From NCBI GenBank assembly GCA_028279595.1, contig JANQNK010000013.1, forward strand, positions 53,682-117,681: DNA of 64,000 nucleotides, given 5' to 3'. The notes under the pieces were generated by a model that had not been told where the DNA came from, searched no databases, and saw only the letters and a list, made by a program, of their open reading frames with translations. The DNA comes from Thermoplasmatota archaeon (lineage in GTDB: Archaea > Thermoplasmatota > JAKEGO01). Shown in pieces: positions 9,521 through 21,600 of this stretch (its first letter is position 1; each line of letters begins with the position of its first letter). The translations under genes and the position numbers were made by a program.

Positions 9521-10375
9521 ATGTCAGGCGTCACCGTTGCGAAGTACATAATCGAGGCGGCGCTCTTCTCGGCAGGCAAGTCCATAACGGTCGAGGAGCT
9601 GAGCGAAGCCACAGGACTGGACAGGCGGACCGTTCGCAAGGCCGCCAAGGAGCTCATCGATGAGTATTCCGGCAGGGACACCTCCCTGGTGGTGACGAAG
9701 ACCGCCACCGGGTTCGCCCTCGAGGTCAGGGCGAAGTACGCCAGGTACACGATGAAGCTGGCCGAACAGGAGATCCCGAGGATGGCCCTGAAGACCCTCG
9801 CCATCATAGCGTTCCACCAGCCGATCAAGCAGAGCAAGCTCAAGATGATGATAGGCGGCCGAGCCTACGAGGACGTCAAGGTCCTCCGGGAGATGGGATT
9901 GATAACCGTCAAACCGGACGGGCGGTCCTTCAGGCTCGAGACGTCAGGAAGATTCCCCGATTACTTCGGGATCGACCCCGATCCCGCCGAGATCAAGAAA
10001 CACCTCGCCGACCTCGTCGGTGTCACCCTACAGGTCGTTCCCGAGGGGGACGATGAGGAGGATGAGGCCGCGGAGGCCGAGGAAGAGGCCGCAGAAGCCG
10101 AGGACGGAACGGCCGGGGCTGCTGACGAGAAGGCCGCCGAACAGGAGGTCCAGGACGGAGAACCAGCGGAACCGGTGGTCGACGGGCCTGTTGACGAGCC
10201 CGAGGCCATTGTAGAGGGACCGGAAGACGAACCCGGGGATGAGCCAGACGATGAGGGGCCCGATGACCTACCCGATGAGGAACCGGCGGACGACCTTGAC
10301 GACGAGGACGCCAAGTACGGATCTGACGGGCTGAAGGCGGTCCAGGACGCCCTCCACGACGACGGGGGGATGTGA
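9521..10375 (+). CDS. scpB: SMC-Scp complex subunit ScpB with long acidic tail
   Basis: IIEAALF, LKTLAIIAFHQPI, F.DYFG motifs. Confidence 0.92.
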   Translation: MSGVTVAKYIIEAALFSAGKSITVEELSEATGLDRRTVRKAAKELIDEYSGRDTSLVVTKTATGFALEVRAKYARYTMKLAEQEIPRMALKTLAIIAFHQPIKQSKLKMMIGGRAYEDVKVLREMGLITVKPDGRSFRLETSGRFPDYFGIDPDPAEIKKHLADLVGVTLQVVPEGDDEEDEAAEAEEEAAEAEDGTAGAADEKAAEQEVQDGEPAEPVVDGPVDEPEAIVEGPEDEPGDEPDDEGPDDLPDEEPADDLDDEDAKYGSDGLKAVQDALHDDGGM

Positions 10376-10376
10376 T

Positions 10377-11378
10377 ATGCCCGGGACCTACAGGGAATCC
10401 GGCGTCGACGTGGAGCTCGAGTTCCAGGCGATATCCGGCCTCCTGAGGTCCCTCGAGGACGTCACACCTAGGCACGGCATCATATCAAGCCATTTCACGG
10501 GAATGATCGAGTTCGGGGACTACGCTCTATCACTCTGCACGGACGGCGTCGGCACGAAGGTCATACTCGCCAGGGACGTCGGGAAGCTCGACACCATCGG
10601 GATCGACTGCATCGCCATGAACGTCAATGACATGATATGCGCCGGCGTCAGACCGCTGGCCTTCGTCGATTACCTGGCCATGGAGCGGCCATCCCCCGAG
10701 GAGACCGAGCAGATCGGCAAGGGTCTCGCCAGGGGGGCTGAACTATCCGATATCAGTGTCATCGGCGGGGAGACCGCCTCGCTCCCCGAGATCGTGAAGG
10801 GCTTCGACCTGGCCGGTACCTGTCTTGGCTACGCCCGGAAGGACAGGCTCATCACGGGAGAGAAGGTCTCCGTCGGCGACCTCATCCTAGGCATCGAATC
10901 CACGGGGCCGCACTCCAACGGATACACCCTCATCAGAAAGGTCCTCGGTTCCCGCTACGGCGAGGAGTTCGGGGATTCGACCGTGGGCGAGACGCTCCTC
11001 GAGCCCACCGGGATATATGTCAAGGCGATCTTGGACCTCGTGGAGAAGGTCGATGTCCACGGGATCGCCCACATCACGGGCGGTGGCTACAGGAACGTGA
11101 CCCGCCTCAACCCGGGCCTCGGATACAGGTTCAGCACCCCCATCGACCCTCAGCCCATCTTCGGACTGATAAAGGACGCGGGCAACATATCGACCAGCGA
11201 GATGTACCGCACGTTCAACATGGGGATGGGGATGGCGGTCGTGGTCTCGCCCGAACATGGGAAGAAGGCCCTGAACATCCTCACCGACCATCACAGGGCC
11301 CAGGTCGTCGGAGAGGTGATCGAGGGCGAGGGGATCAGGGTGGAGCCAGAGCTTCTGACGCTTCCGAAGTACATGTGA
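10377..11378 (+). CDS. purM: Phosphoribosylformylglycinamidine cyclo-ligase
   Basis: Y.ESGVD, TDGVGTK, AMNVND, GGETA, HSNGYTL, HITGGG, TFNMGMG. Confidence 0.96.
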   Translation: MPGTYRESGVDVELEFQAISGLLRSLEDVTPRHGIISSHFTGMIEFGDYALSLCTDGVGTKVILARDVGKLDTIGIDCIAMNVNDMICAGVRPLAFVDYLAMERPSPEETEQIGKGLARGAELSDISVIGGETASLPEIVKGFDLAGTCLGYARKDRLITGEKVSVGDLILGIESTGPHSNGYTLIRKVLGSRYGEEFGDSTVGETLLEPTGIYVKAILDLVEKVDVHGIAHITGGGYRNVTRLNPGLGYRFSTPIDPQPIFGLIKDAGNISTSEMYRTFNMGMGMAVVVSPEHGKKALNILTDHHRAQVVGEVIEGEGIRVEPELLTLPKYM

Positions 11379-12127
11379 TTACGATGGCACTCCACATAGT
11401 GGGGATCGGACTGGTCCCGCAGGACATAACCGTCCGCGGAATCGAGACGGCGAAGGCATGCACTAGGGTCTTTCTGGACGGCTACACATCGGTCCAGGTC
11501 GAGGACGGCCTGGTCTCCCTGCTGAAGGAGGACATCGAGACACTTGACAGGGACACGATCGAGTCCGACCAGCTCATCGAGATGGCCAGGGATGAGGAGG
11601 TCTGCCTTCTCGTACCCGGCGACGGGATGACCGCGACAACCCACCTCACCCTGGTGATGGACTGCGAGGAGAAGGGTGTCGACGTGGACGTCGTACCGGG
11701 AATATCCATCGCCACCGTCGTACCGGGCATGCTCGGCCTCCAGTGGTACAAGTTCGGCAGATCGACGACCGTTCCCTTCCCGCAGGAGGGATACGCTCCG
11801 GACAGTCCCTACCAGGCCATCAGGTCCAATCTGGAGACAGGCCTCCATACACTTGTACTCCTCGATATAAGGCCAGATGGGTTGATGACAGCTTCCGAGG
11901 GGCTCCAGCAACTTTTGGACATGGCAGCCAAGGCGGGCGGTACATTCGGGCCGGGAACCATCGTCGCGGCAGTATCGAGGGCCGGTGCGTTGGACCAGAT
12001 CGCCGTCGCCGGCAGTCTGGAGAACGTGATCGCCGCAGAATTGGGAGACCCGCCACACACCGTCGTGATACCAGGCGACCTCCATTTCATGGAGGAGGAC
12101 GCCCTGAAGCGATTCTGGATAGACTGA
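11375..12127 (+). CDS. dph5: Diphthine methyl ester synthase
   Basis: VGIGL, YTS, ATTH, GLQWYKFGRSTT, GLHTLVLLDI, G.PPH..VIPG.LHFME. Confidence 0.95.
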   Translation: MITMALHIVGIGLVPQDITVRGIETAKACTRVFLDGYTSVQVEDGLVSLLKEDIETLDRDTIESDQLIEMARDEEVCLLVPGDGMTATTHLTLVMDCEEKGVDVDVVPGISIATVVPGMLGLQWYKFGRSTTVPFPQEGYAPDSPYQAIRSNLETGLHTLVLLDIRPDGLMTASEGLQQLLDMAAKAGGTFGPGTIVAAVSRAGALDQIAVAGSLENVIAAELGDPPHTVVIPGDLHFMEEDALKRFWID

Positions 12128-12164
12128 ACTCTAGAAGGTTCGTAACTTTTCGATTAACAAGCGA

Positions 12165-12800
12165 TCAGCTGAACTTGGGCTGTCTCACCAGGGTCCAGAC
12201 ATGGTACTCGTCATGCATCCGGACGCCCGTGCCATCATCCTCGAAGCCTATGCCTCGTGACTCTATCCTGATGGTCCAGGTCCCATCCTCAGGTTCGTCG
12301 ATGAAGATCTGTTCCGTGTCCGAAAGGGATTCGTTGTGGCGCCTGTGGGCGGCCACCTTCGAATCTGGTCCCGTCACCCATATCTCGAGGTGCCTGTCAA
12401 GGTTCTTGAGCGCGTGCATGGTCGTGTTGACCTGGTTGTCATCGCCGATCGTGTTCTTGACAAGTGCCTGTATCGCTTCCCATCCGCTCTCGCTCGGGTT
12501 CAGCATGGTCAGGTTGTAGGATACGACCATTCTCGTGGTGCCTTCCTTGACCCTGAAGGATTTCTCGTCCTCCTTGTCGGTGAGGCCTGTCGGGTCGCCC
12601 TCGAGCAATGCGTTGAATATATCGGTAGGTGTGAAGTCGTACTTCCAGAAGTATGAATGGACCTCTACGTCCTCGTAGCCGATCTGCTTCTTCTCCTCTC
12701 CCTCTACGAACCTCTTCCAGAGCTGTACGTCCAGACAGCCCATCGAGGGGAGCAACAGCATCATCACGCAGATGAACGGGACAATGGCACGGCGGCTCAT
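12165..12800 (-). CDS. Putative lipoprotein (possibly Tat-exported) with C-terminal PPC-like beta domain
   Basis: MSRR + hydrophobic segment + SMGC lipobox-like; 'PEDGTWTIRI'. Confidence 0.65.
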   Translation of the reverse strand: MSRRAIVPFICVMMLLLPSMGCLDVQLWKRFVEGEEKKQIGYEDVEVHSYFWKYDFTPTDIFNALLEGDPTGLTDKEDEKSFRVKEGTTRMVVSYNLTMLNPSESGWEAIQALVKNTIGDDNQVNTTMHALKNLDRHLEIWVTGPDSKVAAHRRHNESLSDTEQIFIDEPEDGTWTIRIESRGIGFEDDGTGVRMHDEYHVWTLVRQPKFS

Positions 12801-13011
12801 CGGTACAGTGCTAAGCCTTCAGGGTAAAAAAACGTTCTGGTGTCCATTGCCCCTGCGGAAGACCTCTCTGGACCAAGGAACGGTCCACGTCTTTCCTAGA
12901 AAACGCGCTCGACGACGCTTCATGCTGTCGTCGACGCGTCCCACTGGATCAGGCGTTCATTGTCATCGTCTCCGCAAACGTTTAATCCGGAGATGTCATC
13001 ACCTGGAGTAG

Positions 13012-14190
13012 ATGCTGGACCTCATCGCCATCGCCCTGACCATCGGATTCATCGCCTACTGCGGCCTGTCGTTCATACAGTTCAGGTACCAGAGGTATCT
13101 GGATCGGCACGGTGCGCGGAGGTTCCCGAAGACGAAGCGTTCTGTCAGCGTCGTCATGCCCATCCTCTCCGACGACCCGGAACTCGAGAAGTACATCGTG
13201 AGCGCGTGCGAGCAGGACTACCCCAACTACGACGTCCTGCTGGTGTCGAACGTCGAGGGAGAGCCAGGAGCGAGCGTCGGGATCGATGTGGCCTCCAGGT
13301 ATGACCACGTCCGGCATGTCTTCGTCGGAGCACACGATCCGGCCGAGCGGGTCGGCAAGAACCATGCGCTCCTCGGCTCCCTCGACCATATCGAGGGCGA
13401 GGTGGTCCTCTTCAGCGATGCGGACCTCGAGTTCGAAAGGGACTGGGTCCAGAGGATGGTGTCGCCCATCGGGAGGAAGCACAACGGCAGGGTCATCCGT
13501 GCGGTAGGTGCTCCGGTGATAGTGCTCGGCAGGAACCGCCTCGGCCGGTTCTTCACCCTCTCCTCGAACCTGGTGATGTACCTGGCGGCGTTCGCAAGGC
13601 AGAGCCAGACATTCCCTGCTTACCTTTCCGGGCATTCGATGGCCATAGAGAGGGAATTGGTCGTGAAGGAGGTCGCGCCTTACTGGACGGACACCTACAA
13701 CGACGACCTCATCCTGGCCTACGTCCTCCGCGAGCGGGATCACGCCCTGTATTACAATCCCGGGGTGATACTCCGACCCCAGGAGAACATGGCCTCGTGG
13801 AGCAGGCTGCACAAGAAGATAGTCCGGTGGGGGATCACGGTACGCAGGTTCCAGCACCCTGCGATGAGGAACGAACTGACACGCGGAGGGTTCCTGAACG
13901 GCCAGGTCGCCATAGGCCTTCCACTTTCAGTGGTCCTGTTCCTCCTCGGCTATCCTTGCTTGGCCTTGATCGTTCTGGGGGCATTCTACGTTCAAGCCGT
14001 TGTGTTCAGATACATCATAGCCCGTTCCGCCGGCGAAAGGTTCGGCGCATTGATCCTGGCCACACCGATAAGCTACACGATATTCATGACGGTCTTCGGT
14101 CATTACTACTTCTGGGGACGTCGGTTCACATGGGGCGGACACGACTACTACATCAAGGAGAGCTTCCGGATGGACGGAAGGACCGATTAG
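13012..14190 (+). CDS. Membrane GT-A glycosyltransferase (GT2/GT21, ceramide glucosyltransferase/HpnI-like)
   Basis: N-terminal TM, SVVMP, QDYPNY, GK.HAL, FSDAD, NDD, xxxRW, C-terminal TMs. Confidence 0.85.
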   Translation: MLDLIAIALTIGFIAYCGLSFIQFRYQRYLDRHGARRFPKTKRSVSVVMPILSDDPELEKYIVSACEQDYPNYDVLLVSNVEGEPGASVGIDVASRYDHVRHVFVGAHDPAERVGKNHALLGSLDHIEGEVVLFSDADLEFERDWVQRMVSPIGRKHNGRVIRAVGAPVIVLGRNRLGRFFTLSSNLVMYLAAFARQSQTFPAYLSGHSMAIERELVVKEVAPYWTDTYNDDLILAYVLRERDHALYYNPGVILRPQENMASWSRLHKKIVRWGITVRRFQHPAMRNELTRGGFLNGQVAIGLPLSVVLFLLGYPCLALIVLGAFYVQAVVFRYIIARSAGERFGALILATPISYTIFMTVFGHYYFWGRRFTWGGHDYYIKESFRMDGRTD

Positions 14191-14356
14191 TGCATCACAC
14201 TGATGCGTGTGTGTCTTTCCACACAGGCGATTTGAAGCCGTTTTCGGCACATTTCAAGAATAAACGCGGAAATCCGTGATTGCAAATAACCACAGTGGCT
14301 TTATATACCATAAATGAAAAAATAGGATACAAGGGAAACCGAGTGGTGGTCGGTGA

Positions 14357-14647
14357 ATGCAGTCAAAGAGCCCGAATGGAGGTCGGACGGACGCTCGCAA
14401 ACCCCCCAGCGGGGACAGGTCCCGGATACTGGAACTTATGGCCCAGAACGGCGACTCCATGGTGATGCCAGTCATGGAGTTCCGGCTCGGAAAGCCTTGA
14501 AGCGAGTTCGCGTGCGAAATCTGTGGCCTAGTGAGGGACGGCTACATCTCCCAGGAAGGGACCGTTATCACGGGGGACGTGATGCATCCGATGGTCCCGC
14601 AGTACAGGCTGACTGCGAAGGCGAGGGACGGTCTATCCCGACCGTAG
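14357..14647 (+). pseudogene. Winged-helix protein paralog interrupted by in-frame TGA (14498-14500)
   Basis: Hand translation MQSKS...RILELMAQNGDSMVMPVMEFRLGKP*SEFACEICGLVRDGYISQEG...QYRLTAKARDGLSRP* aligns across the stop with the next ORF. Confidence 0.7.
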
Positions 14648-14938
14648 GTGAACGGAGTGGCGACGAGGAAGCAATTCGCGAAGGAGCATATCGCGATCAT
14701 GGAGATCCTGGCAAATGAGCCGAACGGCTGTATCTACCTGCCGAGGCTCGAGGCCAAGCTCCGAAAACCGGTGACGGACTTCACCGAGATACTCATCGCC
14801 CTCGAGGATGCGGGCATGATCACCCATGACCCGCCGATAGACCTACCGAGTCTGTCGTTCACCATCCTGTTCGAATACCAGATCACCGCGAAAGGACGAG
14901 AGGCCTTCAACGAGGCGAAGAACAACGGCTCCGATTGA
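14648..14938 (+). CDS. Small winged-helix (MarR/PadR-like) DNA-binding protein
   Basis: IMEILA...LEDAGMI...YQITAKGREAF wing motif. Confidence 0.7.
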   Translation: MNGVATRKQFAKEHIAIMEILANEPNGCIYLPRLEAKLRKPVTDFTEILIALEDAGMITHDPPIDLPSLSFTILFEYQITAKGREAFNEAKNNGSD

Positions 14939-14986
14939 CGCGATCTCCACTCCGATGACCACCGCCATCCTCTCAAGAAGCTCGCG

Positions 14987-15646
14987 TCAGTCGGGGCAAA
15001 CATTCTCGAACGGTCTTATGAACTCCAGAATGTCAGACAGGTCGTCGGAGAAGACCGTCCTGTCCGCGCCATCCGAGACCGATTTCTCCCTCGGATTGAA
15101 CGCGATAGAGAGGTCGCTCATGTCGAACATCGGGATGTCCACAGGGCTGTCGCCGATCGATATTATCCTCTCGACCTCTCCGATCCTTCCAAGGATGACC
15201 CTGAGCGGTGCCCCCTTGTTCAGCAGCGGGACCCTGAGGACGCCCCGCCCCGTCAGTTGTCCATCCTCGGTCGTCTCGAGCCCGTTGGCCACCGAATGGT
15301 CGATAGAGAGCTCCTCTGCCAGGCGGTTCGCCAGCAGGTCGAGCCCGCCGGATACGATCACGATGATGTAACCGCAGCCCTGAAGGTAGGATACCACGGT
15401 CTCGGCGCCCTTCATCAGTGGGATGTTCTCGACGATGTGCTCGATCTCGTCAACGGTCTCTATCCCGCGTTCGGACCACAACCTGATGTCCGACGCCATG
15501 AACTCGTGGTCGTCTATGCGCCCGCTCTTGTAGGCCAGATAACCCTTCTCGTTGTCGGTGTCGAGGGCCCGGTGAACGGTGGCCCATGAACTCACGCCCT
15601 GTACCAGAACGCCATCCATGTCGAAAACGGCCACCTTCTCTCCCAT
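14987..15646 (-). CDS. HAD-IB phosphatase (phosphoserine phosphatase-like)
   Basis: FDMDGVL, IVSGG, K, GDS..D motifs. Confidence 0.88.
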   Translation of the reverse strand: MGEKVAVFDMDGVLVQGVSSWATVHRALDTDNEKGYLAYKSGRIDDHEFMASDIRLWSERGIETVDEIEHIVENIPLMKGAETVVSYLQGCGYIIVIVSGGLDLLANRLAEELSIDHSVANGLETTEDGQLTGRGVLRVPLLNKGAPLRVILGRIGEVERIISIGDSPVDIPMFDMSDLSIAFNPREKSVSDGADRTVFSDDLSDILEFIRPFENVCPD

Positions 15647-15692
15647 GTGGCAGTAAGCCTGTATCCTGTTAAATACATTTTCCGCTGAACGG

Positions 15693-18600
15693 TCATTCCT
15701 CGATGACCTCGACGTCTAGAACCTCCACGTCCATGACGTCGCCTGGAGGGGGCGGGAGCACCTGCCCTGGCGGAGGCGGCAACCCCATGTCTGGAGGTGA
15801 CGGAGGCACCGTCATATCGGTCGGTGGAGGCGGCAAGTCCATCTCCCGGATACTCTCCCTCCTTCCCTTCCCTCCGACAAGGCTCAATACCAGCAGGACA
15901 GCCAGACCGATGAATATGAACGCAGCTGCGCAGACAAGGTCATTATCCTCGCCCTTGTCCTCGTCCACGGCCGACCTCACGTTGAACGTCAACATCCCGA
16001 CATCGCTCCCCCCGGAGGCGTCGGTGACGTGTATGTAAAGGATGTACGTACCGGGTTCCAGGTGTCGTGTGTCGATGGAGATCGAGACAGTTCCCGTAGA
16101 CCATGAGAGATCGGTGCTATCCATCTCTAAGACGTGGGTGCCACTTGCGTCCCTCAGGTCCGCCGAGACCGAGACGATGTCCTCGAGACCGTCCAGATCG
16201 TCCACGGTGACCTCGATCATAACTGTCCCTCCCTTTCTGACGTCATCGGGGTCCGTTCCTACAGTTACTGTCGGGCTGTGGTTCACATCTGGCTTCGTGT
16301 TGTTCACCGTGACGTAGAGAGATGTGGAGTTTGTGGCACCGCTATCGTCCTCCACTGTCGCGGTGATAATGATGGTATCGTACAGGATCAGCGATGAGTT
16401 CCAGTCGACATGCCAAGTGGAAAGACCGCTGGTTTCGAGGTCCACATCATCCACGGTGACGGTCACGGTGACCAGTTCCAGGTCACCGCCTGCATATCCC
16501 CATATCGGGACCATGCCGGAGACAGTATCGCCAAGGTTCGGTGACTCGATCCCGATCCACGGGGGTTCCGGGATGTAGTTGTCCACGGTGACGACGATAC
16601 CGTCGCTCCCGGTATCACCCTCCTCATCCTCCACCTGGACCTCTATGGTGACCTCCTCGTTGTCGTTCTTGGACGTATCCCATTCGTAGGACCATCCGGA
16701 GGTCCCGTCGCATAGCTTCCAGGACCCGCCGTCGATCCTGATCCTCACCCTGTCGATGTCGTCGTTCCCGTCCGCGTCGTGGGCGGTCCCGTTGATCCAG
16801 ACGGTTCCGTTGACCGTAGAACCGTTCTCCGGGCTGTCGATGATGATCGTTGGCGCTGTGTTCTCTCCAGGTTCAGGATGTACGATCTTCACCCTTCCGT
16901 CGGAGAACGCATGGGCCTGAGAGCCGTTGGCATCGTCGACGACGGCGTAGATGTAGTATCTCCCTTCCGGGACATCGGTCGTGTCCCAGTCCCATTCCGA
17001 GAGGTCGGCCCTTATCCAGTTGCTCGTGATATTGACCCCGCCTCCGACCTGGTGGTCCTCGTCGTACTGGAGCCTGATGTATACGGTGTCGCCGTCCTCG
17101 TCATCGGCCGTCCACGTGATGGTGAACTCCTCGTTCGCGGTATTGTTCTTCTTCGGATCAGGATCGTGTATCTTGATCGTCGGCCTGTGGTTCTTCGGCT
17201 CCGACCCACCGGGGTGGTCCACCGTCAGCACTCCCGGACTCCAGGCTTCTGCGGTGAAAGCCCCGTCGGTCAGCAGGATGTAAACGTAGTAGTCCCCGTT
17301 CGGAACGCTTCCAAGGTCCCATTCGTACGACCCATCATCGCCGACCCCGGTCTTGACGATCTCGAGGTCCGAACCCGATGTTGATACGTCGAAGTAGATG
17401 TCCACGATAGCTTCTGAGGACGCATTCCCGGTGGTCCATTCGATCGTATACTCTTCGTCGGCCTCGGCACCCCCCTGCGGAGGCGATGTGATCCCTATGG
17501 AGGGAGCCTGATCGACCGTCAAGGGCCCCTCGCTCCACGATGACGCCGAATCCTTTCCGTCAGAGACCTCGATCAGTATCCAGTAATCGCCCTCATCCAC
17601 TCCCGAAACGTTCCAGTGATAGGATGTGACGTTCACCAGACCTTCTGTGACAAGCGTCAGGTTCACCTTGTCCGTCGAGATGAAGATCGAGAACTCGAGG
17701 AGGTCCCCGTCAGGGTCCTGTGCGCTCCATGTGATGTTGTAAATATCATGTGTTACGTCCGAATCGCCGTCGGGCTCAAGGATTTCGATCGACGGCGGCC
17801 TGTTGTTGTCGACGATGATCGTTCGGCTGATGACCTGATGGCTGGCGTTGACCGCCGTGACATTCGCGATGACGACGTAATGGCCGTCAGGGACACCCGA
17901 CACGTTCCATGTGTACCTGAACTCGTTCGATAGTACCGTTATCGCCGTCGCGTTCGCCGTGTCGTTGACCTGTCCATATGACAGGTTCACACTGAGATCG
18001 TCCCCGTCGAGGTCGGTCGCGTACCAGATGAACTCGATCTCGTCCTTCACTGTCACATTTGTCCTGGGGTCGATGAACAGAATCCTCGGTGGATGGTTGG
18101 GACCGGCCGGACCGTCGGAATGCCACGGATCGTATTCGGTGAGGTCGTCCACGGGGTCCCCGCTCCCGGAGCCATGGCCGGACGGTCCATCGGAGGCCCC
18201 CCAGTAGTTCCATCTTGCGTCGGTATAGCCGTTGAACGAGTTAGAGACACCCTCCTCGTTGTTCTGGAACGTGTTGTTCCTGAGGATCATGCTCAGTCCC
18301 TGGTTCTGTCCGTTGTAGTGGGTTATCTTCTGGTTGCCGATGTAGGTGTTGTTCTCCACCCTCGGGACGTCGCCGTTGAATATCGCACCGAAACCGCTGT
18401 TGGCTACCAGGTTATGGTATACAGAAATGTTGGAGTGGTCGGTCTCCGTCATCGCACCGGCACGACATCCGACGTAGATATTATCGTGGATCTCCGCGTC
18501 CAGCTCCTGGAAGACGAATCCTGTTGCCGACTCGTAGCAGACGTTGTCCCTGACCGTTGCGTCCTCGTTTGCCACGTAGGAACTGACGACGACGGCCCCA

Positions 18601-21600
18601 CCCGTCCAGACGTCGCCGATCATGTGGTTCTCGACGAATTCGATGGAGTAGTTGTACAGGCGGACACCCAAAGCGTCGATCTCGACGAAGAGGTTGTTCA
18701 CCAGCTCCATGGTTATCGGGGACCCCTCGTCGTTCCTGCCGGATATCCCCCAACCTTCCGAGGTGTTGAAGGTACAGTTCCTTATCATATCGACGTTGGG
18801 CGAATCGAGGAGCCGGATGTAGAGCGAATCCTCGGCCCCGTTGGTGAACCGGCAGTCCTCGATGACGACATGGGATTGTACGTTCTGGATGCTTATCGCG
18901 GGCAGGGTCGAGCCCGTCGGGACGATCTCCCATCCGCCAATGATGTACGGGTCGCTCTCCGAACCTGACCCGCCTGTGACACCGTTCGCGGGGTTGAGGA
19001 GGTCCGCGTCCGAATTGATCTGGATCGGCGAGTGGGTCGTGTATGTCAATGCTACGAGGACGATATCGAAGGTGTCCGGGGCTTCCGTTGTTAGAAGACC
19101 GTCGGAGACGCGGACCCTCGGGCTGTAGGTCCCTCCATCCAGGCGGTGAGCGTCCCAGAGATGGAACCACTGGGTCCACCCGCTGTACCTTTCGATCTCG
19201 ATCGGCTCGATCCACCCGGAGTCGTATCCGGGTCCTGTGATCCTCATCTCGACCGTGATGGTGTCCCCGTCGGGGTCCCAGGCCCAGCCGGAGAACAGGA
19301 TGCTGTTCTGGACGGTCCCGCGGTAGTCGTCGAGCGTTACCTCAGGGGCGAAGTTCAACAGTCTGCCTTCGCTATCAATGGGAGCGGTCGCCCACGGTTC
19401 GTGAAGGATGTCCCCGTGGATGTTGTCTCCGGACCCTGGGCCGTCCCCTCCCGGGCCGTCATCGGAGTCCCAGTAATTGTAGACGGCGTTCACCCTGTGG
19501 GACCCTGTGTTGCTTATAGCCACATCGTTGTCCCTGAAGTTGTTGTAGTTGATGTGGGCCGAGCCCGTGCTGACCAGTATCGCTGTCGCGGCGTCCTCGA
19601 ACGTGTTGTTGGCTATCACACCTCGTACCGTGCTCAGGGAGAGCCTTGAATTCATGACCGAGTTGTTCCTGAACGAGATGTCCGTCCTCAGTAGCGATAC
19701 AGGGGATCGATCGAGGCCGCTGCGGTGGATGCCTATGTCGGAATTCGTGACCCCTACCGACGATCGCAGCATCTGCACGTCGCTGATCGTTCCGTTGACG
19801 TACGTGAGACCAATGGTACAATCGTCGAAGGAGTTCGATGTTACGGTGGCGTTGGTGCTTGTGAGCTCCACCTCGACGCCATCGAATTCCACTTCGTTCA
19901 GCGAGAGCACGCAGTGGCTGGCGAAGAGTCCCGTGGAATTCGCGTGGAACGTGGAGTTCTCGATCGTCACGTTCCCCTGGTGGATCACAACGCCTTCGCC
20001 GGCCGTGAAGGTGCAGTCGCTGACGGTCCCGTTCGACCGATCGAAGAATATCGCGTAGGTGTCGTTCGACGTGTCGAAATCGATGTCCACGATGGTGGGG
20101 TCCGACATGCCCGACCAGATCAGGGACCTCTGGACCATGGCCCATTGGGTCTCGCTGTTCGGTGCTTCGATGGTAAGGTTCTCGAGGTGGGGCGAACCGA
20201 GGAACGCCAGCACGTTCGCCTCCATTTCGCTGATGGTCATGTCGGCCATGGTGATCGGATCCGAGGAGAGCGCGATCGCGGACCCGTTCTCGATGTTTCC
20301 GGAGGCGGTGAACTCACCGCCGTTCTTGACCCCGATGAAGTATCCGTGAAGGTCGAAAGAGATGTCATCGAATGTCAGGTTCCCGCCGTCCCTGACTATC
20401 CATGGGCCGGTTGCGTTCAATTCCCCCTGATACGTCTCCTGGCCGGTCACGATGTGGGGCGTGAAAGGGTTTTCTGGCGTGGCCGGGTCGTTGGGCGAGT
20501 TCGAGTACGGCTCGTAGTCGACGTTCGGGCCGATGATGCGGTCGCCGTCCTCGTTCGGAACTCCTCCCCAGTAGTTGTTGTCAGCATCTATCCTGCTGTC
20601 GTCATCGACGTTCCAGATCGCGAAGAGGGGATTGTCGTACATATCGTTGCCGCTCATCAGGACGTGAGCGCCTCCGGTGTTCCTCTCGTACGTATAGATG
20701 CCCATCGGGTTGAACCGCATGACGTTGTTCTCGAGGGTGAGTTCCGACCCCTCCGTGATGGCAGCGACCATGACGTTGTTGGCCATCATGTTGTTGCTGG
20801 CCTCGGTCACCGCGGAGTGTCGTGAGTAGAACACGTAGGAGTTGTTGATGATGGTGTTCCTGTAGAACTCCGATGCCGAACCGGTGGTGTACAAGACCAC
20901 GATACATCCCTCGATGTGGTTGTCGTAGATCCTGGCGGACAGGCCGGTGAAGAGGCCTACGGCCCCCCAGCAGTCGATGATGACGTTGTCGTGTATCCTG
21001 GCGGTGCTCTCGGATCCGGGTCCAGGCAGCAGAAAGGCCTCTCCGCACTGTTCGATGTGGTTGTCGTAGGCCTCCACGTCGTTCGTCGTCACTTCGTCCG
21101 TAGCGAGAGCGGCACCGACCTGGAAGAAGGTGTTGCGCCGCACGATGGCGGTGCCCTCCTCCACGACGACGGTCTTGCCGTTCCACTTGAAGTAGTTGTC
21201 CTCGATTGTGGCCGTGGTCTCGTGCACCACGATCGACCTGTCCCCTCTCGTCAACGTGTTGTTGCGGAAGGTCACACCCTCGCATCCGTCGGCAATGATG
21301 TGGAACCACGGATGGTCCACCCTGTTGTCCTCGAAGACGAAGCCGTCGCATGCCGTGAACACGAACGCGTTCGAGGTCATGGCGTCGTAAGTGACGTTGT
21401 TCCCCCTGATCGTGGGAGCGCACCCTATAATGTCGAACCCGGAGTTGTCGAGGTCGGTGAAGTTGTTGTTGATGAAATCGACGTTGGAAGAGAGGACGGT
21501 CACGTCGTCATATCGCCTCATGATCGAATTCTGCATGTCCACCGCTGCGGTGGCGGATATCGTGAGGTCGAAGTAGTAGTCCATGTCATCCGGTGAGATC

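Noticed and set aside
14498-14500. Selenocysteine at the in-frame TGA
   Set aside because: Aligns with Val rather than Cys in the paralog; no SECIS recognised; the hydrogenase here uses Cys.
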